Assembly: GCA_026025075.1 (NCBI GenBank) | Contig: JAPEUI010000059.1 | Coordinates: forward strand, 1 to 64,000 | Length of the DNA: 64,000 bases | DNA from: Vezdaea acicularis | Lineage: Eukaryota | Direction of reading: 5' to 3' | In this document: positions 46,201 to 60,320 of the stretch, piece by piece | Layout: every line of letters starts with the position of its first letter | Position numbering within the stretch: the first letter of the stretch is position 1 | Translations under genes and position numbers: made by a program | The notes under the pieces: generated by a model | Seen by the model: only the letters and a program-made list of their open reading frames with translations | What the model was told of the DNA's origin: nothing | Database searches by the model: none

Positions 46201-49191
46201 CTGTTAATAGTCTTGCTCATAAAGACCTCAAGGAATGAGCTTCTAGCGTTCGCGTTGGCTTCGTCTGTGTGCAGCTAAATTAGCCAAGGTCAAATCGGAA
46301 TTATCTTAGACGTACCGTCAGTACTGTTGAAAACGTCAAGAAGAACTCGTACAATGCCAGAGTTCAGCAATTCAGAGCTGGTTATGCTCTCAAGTGCATC
46401 GCCATCGAAATAGTTTGATAATCGTTGGAACAACTCTATACCATTACCTTGACCACTCCCGATGAAGCATTCTTCAATATCTGCCGCCAATTGGCGAAGA
46501 TCTTCGAGAATCTTAACCGCCTTATCTCTTACATGCTTCCCATTGGCTTCGTTCTCGTATGCTTCGAGAACCTTTCTCGCGCGACGGGAAATACTTCGGT
46601 CCATGTGCAATCCGCCAGGGGAAGCAGGATGGTTTCTTCGAGATGATGATGAATCTTGTGAGCTAACGGGTGAGCCAGACATATCATCATGCATTTCATC
46701 TTCATCGGGATCAATATCAGAGGAGTCACCGTCTTCGTTGTCATCGTGCATACCATCAGACGCACCCCCATCTTCATCCATATGTTCATGGGGAGCGTCT
46801 AACTTTTGGGCCTCATTATTTGAGGGCTCCTTCAAGCCGCTGGCCTTCGTCTTCACGGGTTCGAATTCCGGCTCTTGGTTGGCCAGATTCGTGATTTCTG
46901 CCATGACTCCTTCGCGGTGAAATTGATACCGATAGATGTGTCCCAGGCGCTGTAGTAGAAGCTCCGCAGCATGCAAAGCATAAAGGACGAGTGTTGGATG
47001 GTCTTGCTGGGATAGTATCGAGGCCAAATAAGAGGAATAGGGAACCGAACGTAAAGCCTCTTCAAGTATGTTGGTATCCAGATTTGAGAGCATCTTTAGC
47101 TGCGCGTTGAGTACCTTTTGACGCACACTTAGGTTTACGGTACTTGAATAGGCATCTGTCAATGTCGGAAGTAGAATTATTGCAAATCGCTTGAGTTCCT
47201 CTTTACAGGTTTTCAGAAGCTCGAGTCGCTTATCATATGGCGCTTGAGTCGGCGGTAGCGGAGAGGTGGGAGACATTTCAATCGTATGACCTAAGTCGAA
47301 TAGATCGGCGAGCAGAGGGTCACGTGGTAAGTCCGGAAGAAGCTCACAAATAACATTGAGCGTCTCAAAGACCTGGTCTCGAGGCCGATGGATCAATGCT
47401 TGCATGATCACCACGCTATCGATCTTTGAAGCAACGTCATCTGTCCCAGCAGGAGGTGAAACACCAGTTAGGATCTGATAGAGAGTGTCGACGACGTTCA
47501 TCTTGAAAAGCTCTGCTGAGAGGGTAGGACTCGCTTTAGCGGTAATGGCAAGCACACGCAGAAACTGGGTGTGGATATGGGGACCGATGAGGTTTGTCGT
47601 TCCAGGAAGTAAGAGGCGAAGGATTGCTCTTAGGAGATCTGCGCTGACCAGTACCTCGAGCCTGTCCTGCCGGTATTTGAAGCTCTCAACCACTCTCGAT
47701 ACACAGAGGCATCCTTGCTCAACGACTTTCTGATCGCTGCTTCCTAAAACATTCAGTAGAATCGGCATGACGTCTCGAACGACGGAGAAAGAGTCCTCGG
47801 GAATGTTTCTACAGCAGTTGGCTGCTGTCGTGACGGCTGTGCGTTGCGTGCTCGTAGCAAAGAAATCCAAATAGGTCAAACAAGCTGTAAGCCCTCCCTC
47901 ACGAACAATGGAGGCCGGAAACTCGACTGATATCTTCTCCAGTGTCTAAAAAGGGTGTGAACATGTGAACTCGAGATACGAAGCTTAGGACTTACGCTTA
48001 GAGCTTGCTCAGCCAGGTCAATGAAGTGAATCTCGAGTAGTTTCTGGCAAAGCACCGGTACAGCCCCGCCATAAACTACATTGGCAGTGGATGATGGTAA
48101 AGCTTCCATGAGATTCGCAATACATCGGCATGCCAACAGCATCATCTCTGGATTCTCTTCTCCAAAATCGCCAGGTTGCATTAGGATGACGAGTTCCTTG
48201 ACAAATTGATCTGTTGCAAAGTGGCCGGAAAGATTATCTTCTGTGGAGACGAGTAGGATTTCAGATAGATCTTGAAGAGCAATAAGCTGTATTGAGGGAT
48301 CGCTCTTCTGCTTGATATTATTGAGAAGCTCGCGGAACCGTGATGGAACCCCAGACATCATGCCAAGGGCACGCAGTGTGTTACTTAACCCAACCGGAGG
48401 TCCTCCATGGCGACTCCCTGGATATATTCCACCAAAAGGGTCCTCTTCATCATCGTCGTCCTCCATGTCTTGATCATACTCGTCTTCTACCTCGTCATGA
48501 TCGTGATCGTCGCTGTCATGGCTAAGCATCTTCTCGTCTTTATCTTCCTCAAACTCCGATGCCTTATCAACTCCCGCCTTCCCCGTTCCATCAGGAGGTC
48601 GGCCCAGCGATCCTTTTTTTGCTGCTCGAGTGGAAAGGGACGTTGGGGATGAGTCCGTGTTATCTTTACGGGCTTAGTAATTAGCTCTCACGCATAGAAT
48701 GTCAAGACGAAGCAATGAAGTACCCTTACTGGACTTTTTACTCTTCGGTTTGCGCTTGAGTGCCGGTGTGTTGTCCGTCGTGCTCTCGATAGGGTCATTG
48801 GACGGCCCAGCGGGACTTCTTGAGTACTGTTAGATTAGATACATAGAATGCACGAACTTTCAACTCACTCGGGAGCTGACATTTTCCGAGGTTGCCTCCC
48901 CTTCCTAGCGCCTCTTAAAGGTCCTGTATCGGGCGGCGGCGGTTCCGGTTCAGCTATCGTCGCCTTTCTCCGCTTTGCTCTTCTTGGTGGGGACGAGTTG
49001 GGCACGGGGGAGCTCGCGTCTGGACTCTGCTCTCGTGTCGTAGGAGCCTTGCGTTTGCGTGTGCTCGACGCTCGGACGGTGGGAGCAGTTGCAGTCGATA
49101 TGGGAATGGACGTTAAAGCTTGTGGTTCGGCCAGGGGATTGGAGGGTTCTGCTGCCTGCCTTGCTGCAGAGCGTGTCACTCTGGAGGACAT
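43268..49191 (-). CDS. UFD4: HECT E3 ubiquitin ligase, Ufd4/TRIP12 type, multi-exon
   Basis: N-terminal ARM-like region ([47 protein letters not shown]). [49 protein letters not shown]. Confidence 0.95.
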
Positions 49192-50573
49192 GAGTAAGTG
49201 AGTTACTGAGAAATCTGAGTGAAAGAATGACGATTTGCATCACAAGCAAAGCAGAATGTGTAAGCAAGGGAGGTCTGTGTTTGTGTTTTGGTTTCAGACC
49301 GATTCCGAATAGCGAGCTTGTTGAGTGTTGGAGGCGGACCCGCAAGATCTGATATCACGAGCATCACAGGAAGTGTGGGGAACAGCGAAGAAAGAGAGAT
49401 TTCTGGAAGATACCTATTGGTTGTAGAAGCAATGGCAGAAGAGGGGGGGTCGGCTGGCGAGGTGGACGGTGAATCTCGACGTGGATCGGTGGTGGAAGGA
49501 GCTCTCGGCTTTGCCTTTCTCGTTGCAGGTCTCTCCATTCGTCGTCACCCTAAGCGGCCGCCATGAAGCAGGCGAGACTGGCTAACTTAGACCGCGGACC
49601 AAGTTCAGGGCGAGGGTTATGACGTGGGCAGCGCCAGGACGATCGGGAGCAGGCGAGTCGACGGGGTGTGCAGTGCGGAGGGTGGTGGTTGAGGAGTTGA
49701 GACGAGCACACGAAGGCGATGGAAAAGTCTGAACCGTCGGCGTCCCGGTGAGAATCGTGAAATGATGTTTCGGACTTTTGCGAGATGGAGGCCAGTGCCC
49801 GTGACGAGGGCCGTATCTGCTGGATGGAGCTGGCCAGGGCTTCGATCGCTTGTTACGGCGCGTTACAGGCACCACTCTGGGGCCACTCTACGGACCCTTT
49901 GCGTGGCGATCCAGACGAATTGGGAACGGACCGGCTTTACCAACTACATGATATGGGAGTATCACGATTCACCCGCCGTCCGGCGTGAGTATCAACTGTG
50001 GGAGATAGATACCGTGGGATGCCCGTCCAAGGAACCCTCGCTGTCGCAAGCAGCCCTTTTGGTCGCCGGCACTCGCATGCACACGCACGTGTGTTTGGAC
50101 TGAACATGTCCAAGTAAGGGGATAAAGCTGCGCTGGTGATTGAGCATCGATTCGCACAGTTGGAGCGTAGCCGCCCGCGTTGAACGATTCCACTGAGATA
50201 AGTCTGTCTGTGACGCCACTGAGCATCCCGCTCCACGCTCGAGATATCTTCCCCGTTTCCTCCGCCCAGCAAGCGCCACACATACCCCATTGGCCGAAGC
50301 GCTCTCGCGGCTTTTCGACGTCGTCCGAACCCTCTCTGCATCACCAGATCGAAGCCTACAACCTGTCCCTCGACGCTCGCAGGATTGCCCACTTCACCCG
50401 CGACCTCATGCGGCGCACCCGTACAATCTACAATACTTGCCACCCATGGTTGTTTTGACGCCGAGCCGCCCCGTCGCTTTATTCCTCTTCGCAGGTGGGG
50501 CGTTAGACGCGCATTATTCCTACTCAGGGGAGGACGCTTCCGAGGCCCCATTTCTCGAGCTTTATCCCTCTCC

Positions 50574-53500
50574 ATGCAGGTGCGTTTCTCTTGTTTGAAC
50601 TCGCACCTATACAAGTCACATAACTCCTTCTGGAGTCTTTGACGTATCCCCTCTACAATCCAACCAGCTTGGCAGCCGATGTAAGGGCATGCTTGAAACG
50701 TCCGCATTGGCCCCATTCACTGCTGCAACATCGGCTCTGAAACCCATTGATGCGCCTGCACCTCCAAAGCTAACTCAAGCCTTCGGGTACCACCATCTAC
50801 AGACATCCACAAGGCCGCACGACATTGGCGGGAGTCTATCACAGAATAGGCGTGGACATGCCGCTCAACTCTCTATAAGCGATGACAATCATCACGTCAC
50901 AGAGGCAATCGGCGAAATGTATGGCGACAACGACTACGACTATGGCGGGAACCGAGAATCTCCCCGACCCTTGAGCTTCATCTCCTCTCCTCTCAATCAC
51001 CCGATCGAGCAAGGTACAAATGCGTATTTTGATAGCAGATTGGCGTCGAGTCGGTCTCCTCCGGCACGGACAAACTCCAATGACAGGCTTCAATCGACCC
51101 CTAATGGCCAGTCTATAACAAATCCTCGTCGGCAAGACTCGAACCATCGCGAGAATGGCTCACCATCTCCAACAAGGACGCCTATGCGAGACAGATCTCC
51201 GTCTGACACTGCGAACACACAGTTTCCTTTGAATGACGTCGGCTACGAATCAAGCCCTGCGGCAGTGGCTCAAGAACTGAGCAATCTACAAGCGTTAAGA
51301 AGAATGTCTATGGATGTCAACGCGACTGGGGATCCAGATTTGCCGGCTTTCAACACTTCATATATGCCTCCTGTGGCACCCACAGCCTCGAGTGATGAAG
51401 ATGACGAATCGAGATTGTTCTGGGTCCCCGCTCGGTTACATCCAGAGCTTGCGCCGACGGAGTTCAAAACATTCTTGGAAACAAGGGTTGGTCAAATCAA
51501 GCGTCGAGCAGATGGCTCGCTCTCCCCAGATGGACTCAGTCGGCAAGGATCAGGTTCAAGCAGTCTGAAGCGCAAGAAGTCGATGTTATCGAAACAGATC
51601 GACACCTCCACAGGCAAAGCAGCGGATGATTACAAGGATGGTGCGGATGTGCTAGAGAAGAAGAGATCTCTATCAGGGCAATACCATCCAGATGTGAAGA
51701 TGGCCGATCTGGCTGAAGACTTGAACGATATCGTCAAGGACCCTACAAGGCTGATGCGGAAACTCAGTATTGACACCCAGCAAAGCGGATTGGGCAACGA
51801 TGGAGACGTTATTCTGCCCTCGGCACCGCCGCAGAATCAACTAAAACGGACGATGCATACAAGAAAAGGACGCGGCGGAAGCAAGAGGGGAGGACGTCTT
51901 GGAAATTCAAAGAGATATCCCCTGAAAGCAGATACAGATACCGAAGACTCCCCAACCTCGCCATCTGTTACATCAGGTGGGAGCGATGTAAAGTTGGGTC
52001 TCACAAGGGTCCAAACAGAGCCGACCCCTTCGCCTCGCCCAGAAGCAGTAGACAATTTTTCAAGGCCAAGAGGGTCTCAAAGAGGACGCGCAATCCCACC
52101 TGGTGCCTCATCTAGCTCTTCCTTTGATGACATATTGAAAGATCCGAAGGCTCAATCTCCAACTTCTTTCCAGCAGAGAGTGATAGCGGAGAAAGAGCTA
52201 ATGGCGAGAGGTGGCAAGTATACTACTCCGCCTGAAGTTCTCGCCCAGCATCCTGTTCCTCAGATAGTGGAGACACCCCCACCGCCAGAAGAGGACGAGC
52301 CAGGTGCTGGCCCTTCATATCCTCAACAGGCGCATCTTCCAGAACGAACATCATCACATGACCCTCCCTCCTCCCAACCCCCGCAGGGCCCTCTTCCACA
52401 TGGGCCCCCATCCACTGGCCGTTCTGGAAAACGGCCCCCAATACGACATGCAAGTAATACCCGCAAGGGCGACCAAACGCTTAATGATATTGCAAGCCAT
52501 CCGTCTCCGTTACCAGGAAGCAGTACGAGGACTGATAGCTTGTCCTTTATCCCTACTTTCGCAGAGGACAAGAAGGCGGAGAAGAAGCAAAAGGAGAAGA
52601 AAGAAAAAGACTCGAGTGACAATGCGTCGACGACATCGAGGAAGTCGAGCTGGGGCTGGTTACTTGGCAGCGAGGATAAGCATCAATCGAAAGAGAAGGA
52701 CAAGAGCAGTAGCAAGAATAGTAAAGCTAATGACAAATCGCACGATAATACGCGACTGGATCTCCTACAGACGTCCATCGATGGTGGCCGGAGCCGAGAA
52801 TCTCTTGTCCTGGACCGCGAGGGCCTAAAGCTCGAGGAGGAGCGGAAGAAGGAAAGCAGCCGGAAATCATCCGGCAGCGATTCTAAGAAAGAGAAAGACG
52901 GCATCTTCTCCTCCTTCTGGGGCAAGAAGAAGGGCGATAAAGACTCATCAGGGAAGAAGCACAACTCTCGAGGACTGTCCCCCGAGCCTCCCCACAAACT
53001 TCTCAAGCCCGACAAGGACTACAACTGGACGCGTTTCTCGCTCGTCGAGGAACGAGCCATCTACCGTCTAGCGCACATGAAACTCGCCAACCCCCGCCGA
53101 GCCCTCTACTCGCAAGTCCTGCTCAGCAATTTCATGTACTCCTACCTCGCCAAAGTGCAGCAGATGCACCCACAAACACCAGCCATAGGCACCAGCCAGC
53201 CGAAAACAACGCCACAGCAGCAGCAAGCTCAGCAGCCAGTGACCCAACAAGAGCAAGACGCCCAGCAAGACCAGCAGGACAACCAGTATTATCAGTATCA
53301 TGAGGTAAGCGACCGCACAACCCCGTCCTGTCCCACAACCCCGTCCTGTCACACAACCCCGTCCTATCCCACAACCCCATCCTACCCCACAAGCTCCCCC
53401 CTCCCTCCGAAGCCTCCCGTTCCCCCACGTTTTCAAACTGGGCGCTAACACCCTTGAGTACTACAGCAAGCTCCTGACTCAGGAAACTACATAGACGACG

Positions 53501-53667
53501 CCCAAATCTACGACTACGACCACCCCGACCCCGAGCCCACTCCACCCGCGCAAGCCCCCCGCACCACCGACCCCTCCTCCACCAGCAAACGTAACCGCCA
53601 TAAACGCGAACCCCCGCCACAGCAGCCCCACCACCAGCAAGCCTCGCGTGACGACGATATGTGGTAA
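50574..53667 (+). CDS. ZDS1: Zds1-like protein (PP2A-Cdc55 regulator family)
   Basis: FWVPARLHPELAPTEFKTFL and the C-terminal Zds_C-like EERAIYRLAHMKLANPRRALYSQVLLSNFMYSYL. Inferred first exon MQ (intron 50580-50802) and last exon ending DDDMW*. Confidence 0.85.
53316..53391. repeat. Intronic 18-bp tandem repeat, about 4 copies (CACAACCCCGTCCTRTCC)
   Basis: cacaaccccgtcctgtcc cacaaccccgtcctgtca cacaaccccgtcctatcc cacaaccccatcctaccc, inside the last ZDS1 intron. Confidence 0.85.
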
Positions 53668-54437
53668 CCTCGGCCGTTCTTGGGGATGTGCATAGCCCCG
53701 TTTTTGGGTTTTGTGGAGGGGACGTGTAGTGCAGCTGGCGCGGTTGAATGCGAGGGCGGATGCGAAGGATAGAGGGGAGACGGCAATGGATAGAGCAGGG
53801 CGTCGAGGAAATGAGCGGCTAGTGTGGATTGGGAACGTGGGTTGGAGCGGAGCTAGGGCGTTTCGAAGAGACAATCACACTACACACTCACACTCATACA
53901 CACCTCTGTATAAAAACTTAACGAAGCTTCGCGTACATGTAAAACCCCTTTGTTCACGAGCTGATCGTCGGGAGTTGAGGCACTGGCCTCTTTATCATGT
54001 CATGCTGTTGCCCGGGGAGAGAACCGGAAGCCAGGTTTTAAGGGTATTCAAACCCCCGACCCGGAAAGTCGAGCCCTTCCTCCATAAGGAGGAATACGAG
54101 AAAAGTCTCCTATTATCACCACATCATTCGCAGACGTGAGAAACGAGGCGAAGCAAAGGCGAGGGTAGAGTGAATACGTGTTCAAGAGTGAGACTGGTCT
54201 CCTTCTCAATCCCTCGAGGGATGTGCTTATTATATACAATAGCGCCGCCCCACAACAGAATCCATTCCAGATAAGTAGGCCACCAGCGCCAAAAGTCTCG
54301 CACCAAAAAGCACACCCACACCATACTCCATTAAACGAAAGGTATCCACGACGCTCAGTCCATCCCAATGCCACACCGCCAAGCCCCAAAACCCCCCCCC
54401 ACAAACCAAAAAAAAAGGGAGGAGAGCAATATACAAA

Positions 54438-56633
54438 TCACGGGCGATGCGCCGGGTGATGGAGCGGGCTAGGCGGCAAGCTAGTCGCGGTTTCATAGTT
54501 CGGGAGAGACTGGTTGAAGGGGGTACCGGCAGCTGAGCGGAGGGCGGTGCTATAGCTGGGGACGCGCGAGAGCTCTTCGACGTCGTATTCGATGTGCTGG
54601 GGATGGGTGGGGGGCGAGTCAGTGCCGGAGGGGCGGCGGGAGAGGGCGAGCTCGGCTTCGCCGCCAGAGGACGCGCGGGAGCGGGCGAAGTAGTCGTCTT
54701 GGGTTGGTGAGACTTGGTGGTTCTGCGCCTGCGCGTCGCGACTGAGGGGAGCGTCTCCGTCAAGGGCTAAGTGTCTAGCTCGCGGCGGGTCGCGTGCGGC
54801 TTGGGGTGATGCGGAGGGGTGCTCTGGTAGGTTGCTGAGGCGTTGCTGGAGGGCTTGGGGGTGGGCTGAGCCGTGTGCTGTGGAAGCAGCGTTCAGGGCT
54901 CCGAGGTTGTCGAAGGACTGGCTTCGGCTTTGTGAGCCTAATGGTGTTCCCGTGGCGCTGAAGCCTCCTACGGGCGTCATGAAACCGCTTGGGTCAATAT
55001 CGTTCCAAAGGGGGTCGAAGTGATGCTCGCCGTAGAGTGGAGGAGCGTGGTCCTGTAACCTCAAAATCTGACTCCTGTATAGGTTTGGATTGATGAGGTT
55101 GTTAGCTTCATCAATATCCATATGAGGAGAGATGAAGATTCGGACGGGAAGTGTAGCTTTTAACTATGCTGGATTAGTCATTTCACTTGATTCAGGGGTA
55201 AGGAGGCCGCATACCTCTGACTTGTGGCCATCAGGATTGAGAAGCGAAACGCTGAATTTTAGATGATGCCGAATCTTCAGCCCTTGAAAATCTACGTCCT
55301 GCATACATTCTCGCAGCGAAGTTGGAAGGCGCATGCTCCTGCTAAACTCGAAACACTCTTGACCCGCCTCATCGTTATTTGATTCTGTATCCTCGTCCAG
55401 TTCAAAGTTTGCTGCCACGATTTGACGAGACTCTCGACGGGTTGACCATACTTCCGGCACTTTGAAGTCCTGCACTTCCATTAACTCCAGCCTAATCCTC
55501 CCGATCCTCAGTCCTTTTAGCAGAGGTATGAATTTAAAGTCTGCCGTGATGGAGGTGCCGAATATAGCAGCTTTGGACGGTACACTGATCGTGTATTCTA
55601 TTTTGTCCACCCAGATGTTATCGATTGACTGTACTAACATCAGATAATACTCCATGAGGTGTCAAGGGGGTCTCTGAAGCAGATGGCAGGCCTAGCGATA
55701 AGCTCTTGGTATGGTACCGCAAGGGCGCACCGTTCATCCTGCCATCCACCTCACTTTTGACGGTGCGTACCATTGCGTGGGAAAGATCCAGTGCAGTTGG
55801 ATCAAGCGTTCGTACGATGCGAACGTGCTTGTTTACTAGGATATCTCTTCCGAAAGCACCCCTTCCTATCGTAGCTTTCATCCTGTATACGACCCACGAA
55901 TAAACAAGCCCTTCGACACTTTCCGGTGTGCCACCTGGAATAACCACTTCGAACGGCCACTCATAGTTGTTCGCCCCGAATGTCTGAGCCTTCCCGACGA
56001 TATTCCACTCATGATGGCAGACTACGGATTCGTGCTTGACGAAACGGGAACGTGACTGTGAATGGTTCAGCTCTGGCCATCTGAAACGGCAGTCCTGTTA
56101 GCAGAATTTTGAACTGGAGTCTGATTGATAACTTACGCAACTCTGCACTTCCCACTGAGCTCCAACTTTATGTTCTTCACATGAAGAGGCTCCGATGTGC
56201 AGAGAACCACACTGCCCTTCAAGACCTGGCCAGCGGCCTCGTCGGGTGTTCCACTGAAAACTAGTATGCTCTTATCTAGGCTGGAGAAGGCCCATGGCCA
56301 TACTATCAGTCACTGTAGATCAATTGGAAGTTACAACGAGACTAAGCTGAGGAAGTATTCGTGACGTCTTAAGAGCTCCACAGGACCCTGACTCAGTAGA
56401 GGCGCTTGAAAAATTCGAAGCAACTCCTGGTTTAGTAAGGCGCTCTAGTAAAATAGAGCATTGCCCTTGGATCTGATCCAAGAGTATTCGTCCCAATCCG
56501 GGCCGCTCTGATCACGAATACTTCCACAGCAAAGTCTCGCGGATAATTCGGAGCTAGGATGAGCCTACCGAATTTCGAATAACTTTACAGCTCTCAAACT
56601 GGTAGTAGTGCCAAAGATGCTATTCAGGTTCAT
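54438..56633 (-). CDS. creD: Alpha-arrestin HECT-ligase adaptor, CreD/Rod1-like, multi-exon
   Basis: MNLNSIF..VKLFEIR|LDKSILVFSGTPDEAAGQVLKGSVVL..NYEWPFEVVIPGGTPESVEGL..SIDNIWVDKIEYTISVP..VSLLNPDGHKSE|LKATLPV. PY-like motifs PPLYGEH, VPSYSTA and LPNYE. Confidence 0.85.
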
Positions 56634-57738
56634 AATAGGCTTCGTCTGAGGGACGAAGTCGGTCGGAAAAAGAATGTGCGAATGAAAAGATGATGACGGC
56701 CATCTTGTCGCCAACATCGGAGCGGTTGCTGGAAAAACTTTCGGAGCCTCCTCGGCGCTTGTTGCAGCGAAGCTTCCGAAAGTGACGCGCAAACCACACT
56801 GGTGGGTCGAGCTTGCTAGGATGCTCACAAGAAGAAGTCGCACCAACAGGTCAGACCGTGGTTAACTCAGGAGGTGAAGTAACACGATACGCAAGGAAAC
56901 TGATAGCATAGCAGGGTGAAGGAACGACGATGAAAGTAAGTATCACATCCTCAGCTCGGCGCCCGCAGAATGACTCTACTTTTTTTTTCTCCTTCTCCCC
57001 CATCCTTCCCTCAGCTCCTTTCCCATTCCGCCCGCACACCGATATCGCCAGCAAACCCCTTTGACCTGACATGCATGACGAGCTTATCGCTGATTAGCTA
57101 TCGCATCGTTTGCCGCACGTCTAGAACTTCTTTAGGGGCGTTCGATGGTTGCGCCATACTTTGTTTTGGCTGGCCGTCGCACGAGGGGCATGGGCGCAGC
57201 CCCCACCAAATGCGGTTTCTGCCGATTCAACCCCCACCACCATCGGCCCATGGGTAGCCGTGCCAAGCCAGGACAAGACAGAGCCGACCGGGGTCCGCGG
57301 CGCCTGCAGGTGCCTCCCAGCGGTGCGACGTTCGACGTTCGACGAAAGGGGCGAGGTGAAGGAATGGGAGTTCTTCAGAAGCCTTTATTTGATCTGTGCG
57401 CATCGATGACGCAGACTACGGGAGAATTTCGGGATTGCATCCGCCCTGAATGCTACTGTAACATTCAACCGGGATCTTGGGATTGCGCGATGTTCAGCAC
57501 GAGCGTATGGCCAAAGTATAAATTGATCTCGAGATTAGGGACAAGTAGAGAATGCTTGCAGGCTAGGCAGCTTGCCCCCTTGTTTTCTCATGAGTTGATC
57601 GATTGACAGCACATCGCCACCTCTAAAGCTCCAATCCATCGCTTTGATGTCGACTGCTCCACTTCCGGATCCTACATCGGGGGAATCTGATCAAATAAAC
57701 CTTGCGCCTCTCACCTAACGCCAGCAAAACGCTTCGCA

Positions 57739-59873
57739 TCATAGATCGCTATTCGTGCCTTCCCGTGGTCGGTCCCATGTGCGGATATGCCCAGCCTTAC
57801 AGGACGTAATGATGCAATCTGCCTCGAACCCAAGCCACGAGAGAGGATGTGGATCAATAGCCTTTGACATCACCGGCGGCAACATAGCCGTTCTTGCACG
57901 TGGCCCAACAGGGTGCTTGATGACTGATTCCTCGCTGTTAGCACCTAAGTCGATACTGGAATTAGACCGGTATCGGGCCGTGGCTTGGCTATCGGTACGC
58001 GTTCGAGTTGGCATCGAAAGTCCTGCAGAGTATGAAGACACACTACTTCGCTGTCGGACCGATGATGTTTTGGGCCTTCGCAGCATACCTACGCCAAAGT
58101 CCCATAATAGGAGCCGACAGTCCTCGCCAACGCTACCAAACCTGTAGTTGCGTTCATCGCACCTCCATGGATCAAAAGCCACAGCGGTAACGAAAGATTG
58201 ATGGCCCTGACATCGCGCCACGATTTGGCGCTCGGCGAGTGACCAGATGGACACTAGGTCATCTTGGCCGCCCGTGACAATGTACTTACCGTCCGGTGAC
58301 CACGAGACACACAGAAATCCTCCATAATAGCTGGGAAAAATATCAAGCAGCCTGCAAACACCTTAGTGGGAGAACGACGGTGGTTTCAGGCGTATGTACT
58401 GACTGCTCCTTCAAATAATCAATCACCCGCAAAGAACCGTCCTCTGAAACTACAGCAAGGTGCTGAGAGTCAGGCGAAAAGGAGAACGCATTGATCCGCT
58501 GGTTCGATAGCTTCCAGCAAGATATTGGGTTGTTCTTCTGATTCTTAGAATTGACAGACTTACTCACGTGTAGCGAAAAGTCGGATTCGGACGAATCAGA
58601 TGTGTCGGCAGAAGATGTCTCGGTTTCTTCAGGAATGAATGCCGCATCCTCTTTCTCCTTATCGTATACTACAAGTGATCCGTCCATATGTGCTGCGAGG
58701 AAGAGGTTTTCCGACCTAGGGATCCAGCGAATGTCGGAAACAGGAGACGGATTGATAATTCCCTGTATCTAATCAGCTACTGGAGGATTCGATGTTCATT
58801 GGTTAGAATCATACGTTCTTATTGAGCCGAGCATACTTCTGCGACGTTGGCTCGTACCAGAAGATATCACCGCTTGAAAACCCAATGACAGTATCAATGT
58901 GATTTGGAGCCCGCGTTAGGGGGTTGACATCGTGGCAGAGAGCATGCGCTTTGCTGAATAAGATTTTGGTTAAGTTATCAGCCTATTTGAAATGGTCAGT
59001 AAACGCAGATGACTGGATACTGAGCTGTCTGACCATGTTGCTTGTCGAAAAATCAAGCCACTGAAAAGCTCGATTAATATTGGCAAATACCATGAGTCCC
59101 TCCTGGTTCCGCTCTTGCAGTCGTTTGGGTAGAGCATCATGTTGCAATACCCGAGAAACAAAAGAAGAATTTCTTTTGATGATATTGGTCTTCGGTTTCC
59201 GGCGTTTGAGAGAATCCTTGCCAGAGGGAGGAATCAGCGATGTGTTACCCTCGCCGAACGCTGGTGTAGCTGAGCCATCAATGCCTCTCAAATTCCCAGT
59301 CGGCTGAGAAGTCCCAGCATCACTGCTGACGCGTTGCACGCTTGATTCTTCCGACTTCCTAGACTCCCTCGGACTCTCCTTAATGCTATGCGGTTTGAGC
59401 GCAGAGGACCATATACTAGAAGTCGTTGGCATTTTGTGGGTATATAGACGCGGCGAGCTTTGGGGCTGCACAACTGCCGTGAGGGAAAGCCGTGTACCAG
59501 CTGTTGGTGGTGACATGGTGGTGGCCAAAATATTAGGATTCCCTAAGGGCGCATCTGATGGATAGGGAGGCGGTGTTGCGAGTAGTAGATCATCTCGAAG
59601 AACATATGTACCTTCACGTATCGTCAGCAGTCATAATGAATTTGAATAGATAACGACGCACCTTCGCCCACGGAGAGCTGATACTCAAGGCCACTGGGAT
59701 GTGAAAGTACATTAGTCGTTTCTGTGTATGGCAAAGGCTGGCCATTTACTGCGCCAGTATTGCCGGCCTGGCTTGTGGGGTACCGCGAAGGAGGAGGGAC
59801 AACACTGGCATAGCTTTTGTTTAGCATTAATGATAAAGAATAGTTTAAAGGGCGTAGACCTTACGCACAGCAT
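57739..59873 (-). CDS. creC: WD40-repeat catabolite-repression protein CreC (WDR20/DMWD-like), multi-exon
   Basis: [118 protein letters not shown]. Confidence 0.9.
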
Positions 59874-60320
59874 CTTGAGCGGATATTAGATCAAGGCTGA
59901 CCATATATTGGATGCGCTCAGAGGAATTAGGAAGATAAGGGATGGTTCATCACATAGCTGAGCTTGAGAGATCTTGCAAGGCCTGCTCTGGGGACTACAT
60001 CGAGAGCCAATGTCCCTCATATATCGTAGATAAACTGAGCAGACAGCGCTGTGTATGGTCATACCGGGGGGGGGGCGGGCAGAAGTCTCAATACATCGTT
60101 GCCTCGCTTCACGCGTCAAAGTGTATCCAGCCCGTTGCCCCTCCCTTTGGTATCAATCTACGCGCTCGGTGATTAGCGACATAAGCGATCTACTGTATTC
60201 GGCTTCGGCACATCGTCGTCATAGGCTTCTCGGTCCAGATTGTCCTTCCATCTAGCATGGACGTCATCTTACGATCGAACAATACAAACTCGCGACTAAA
60301 CTCGCTACGAGTCCTCCAAG

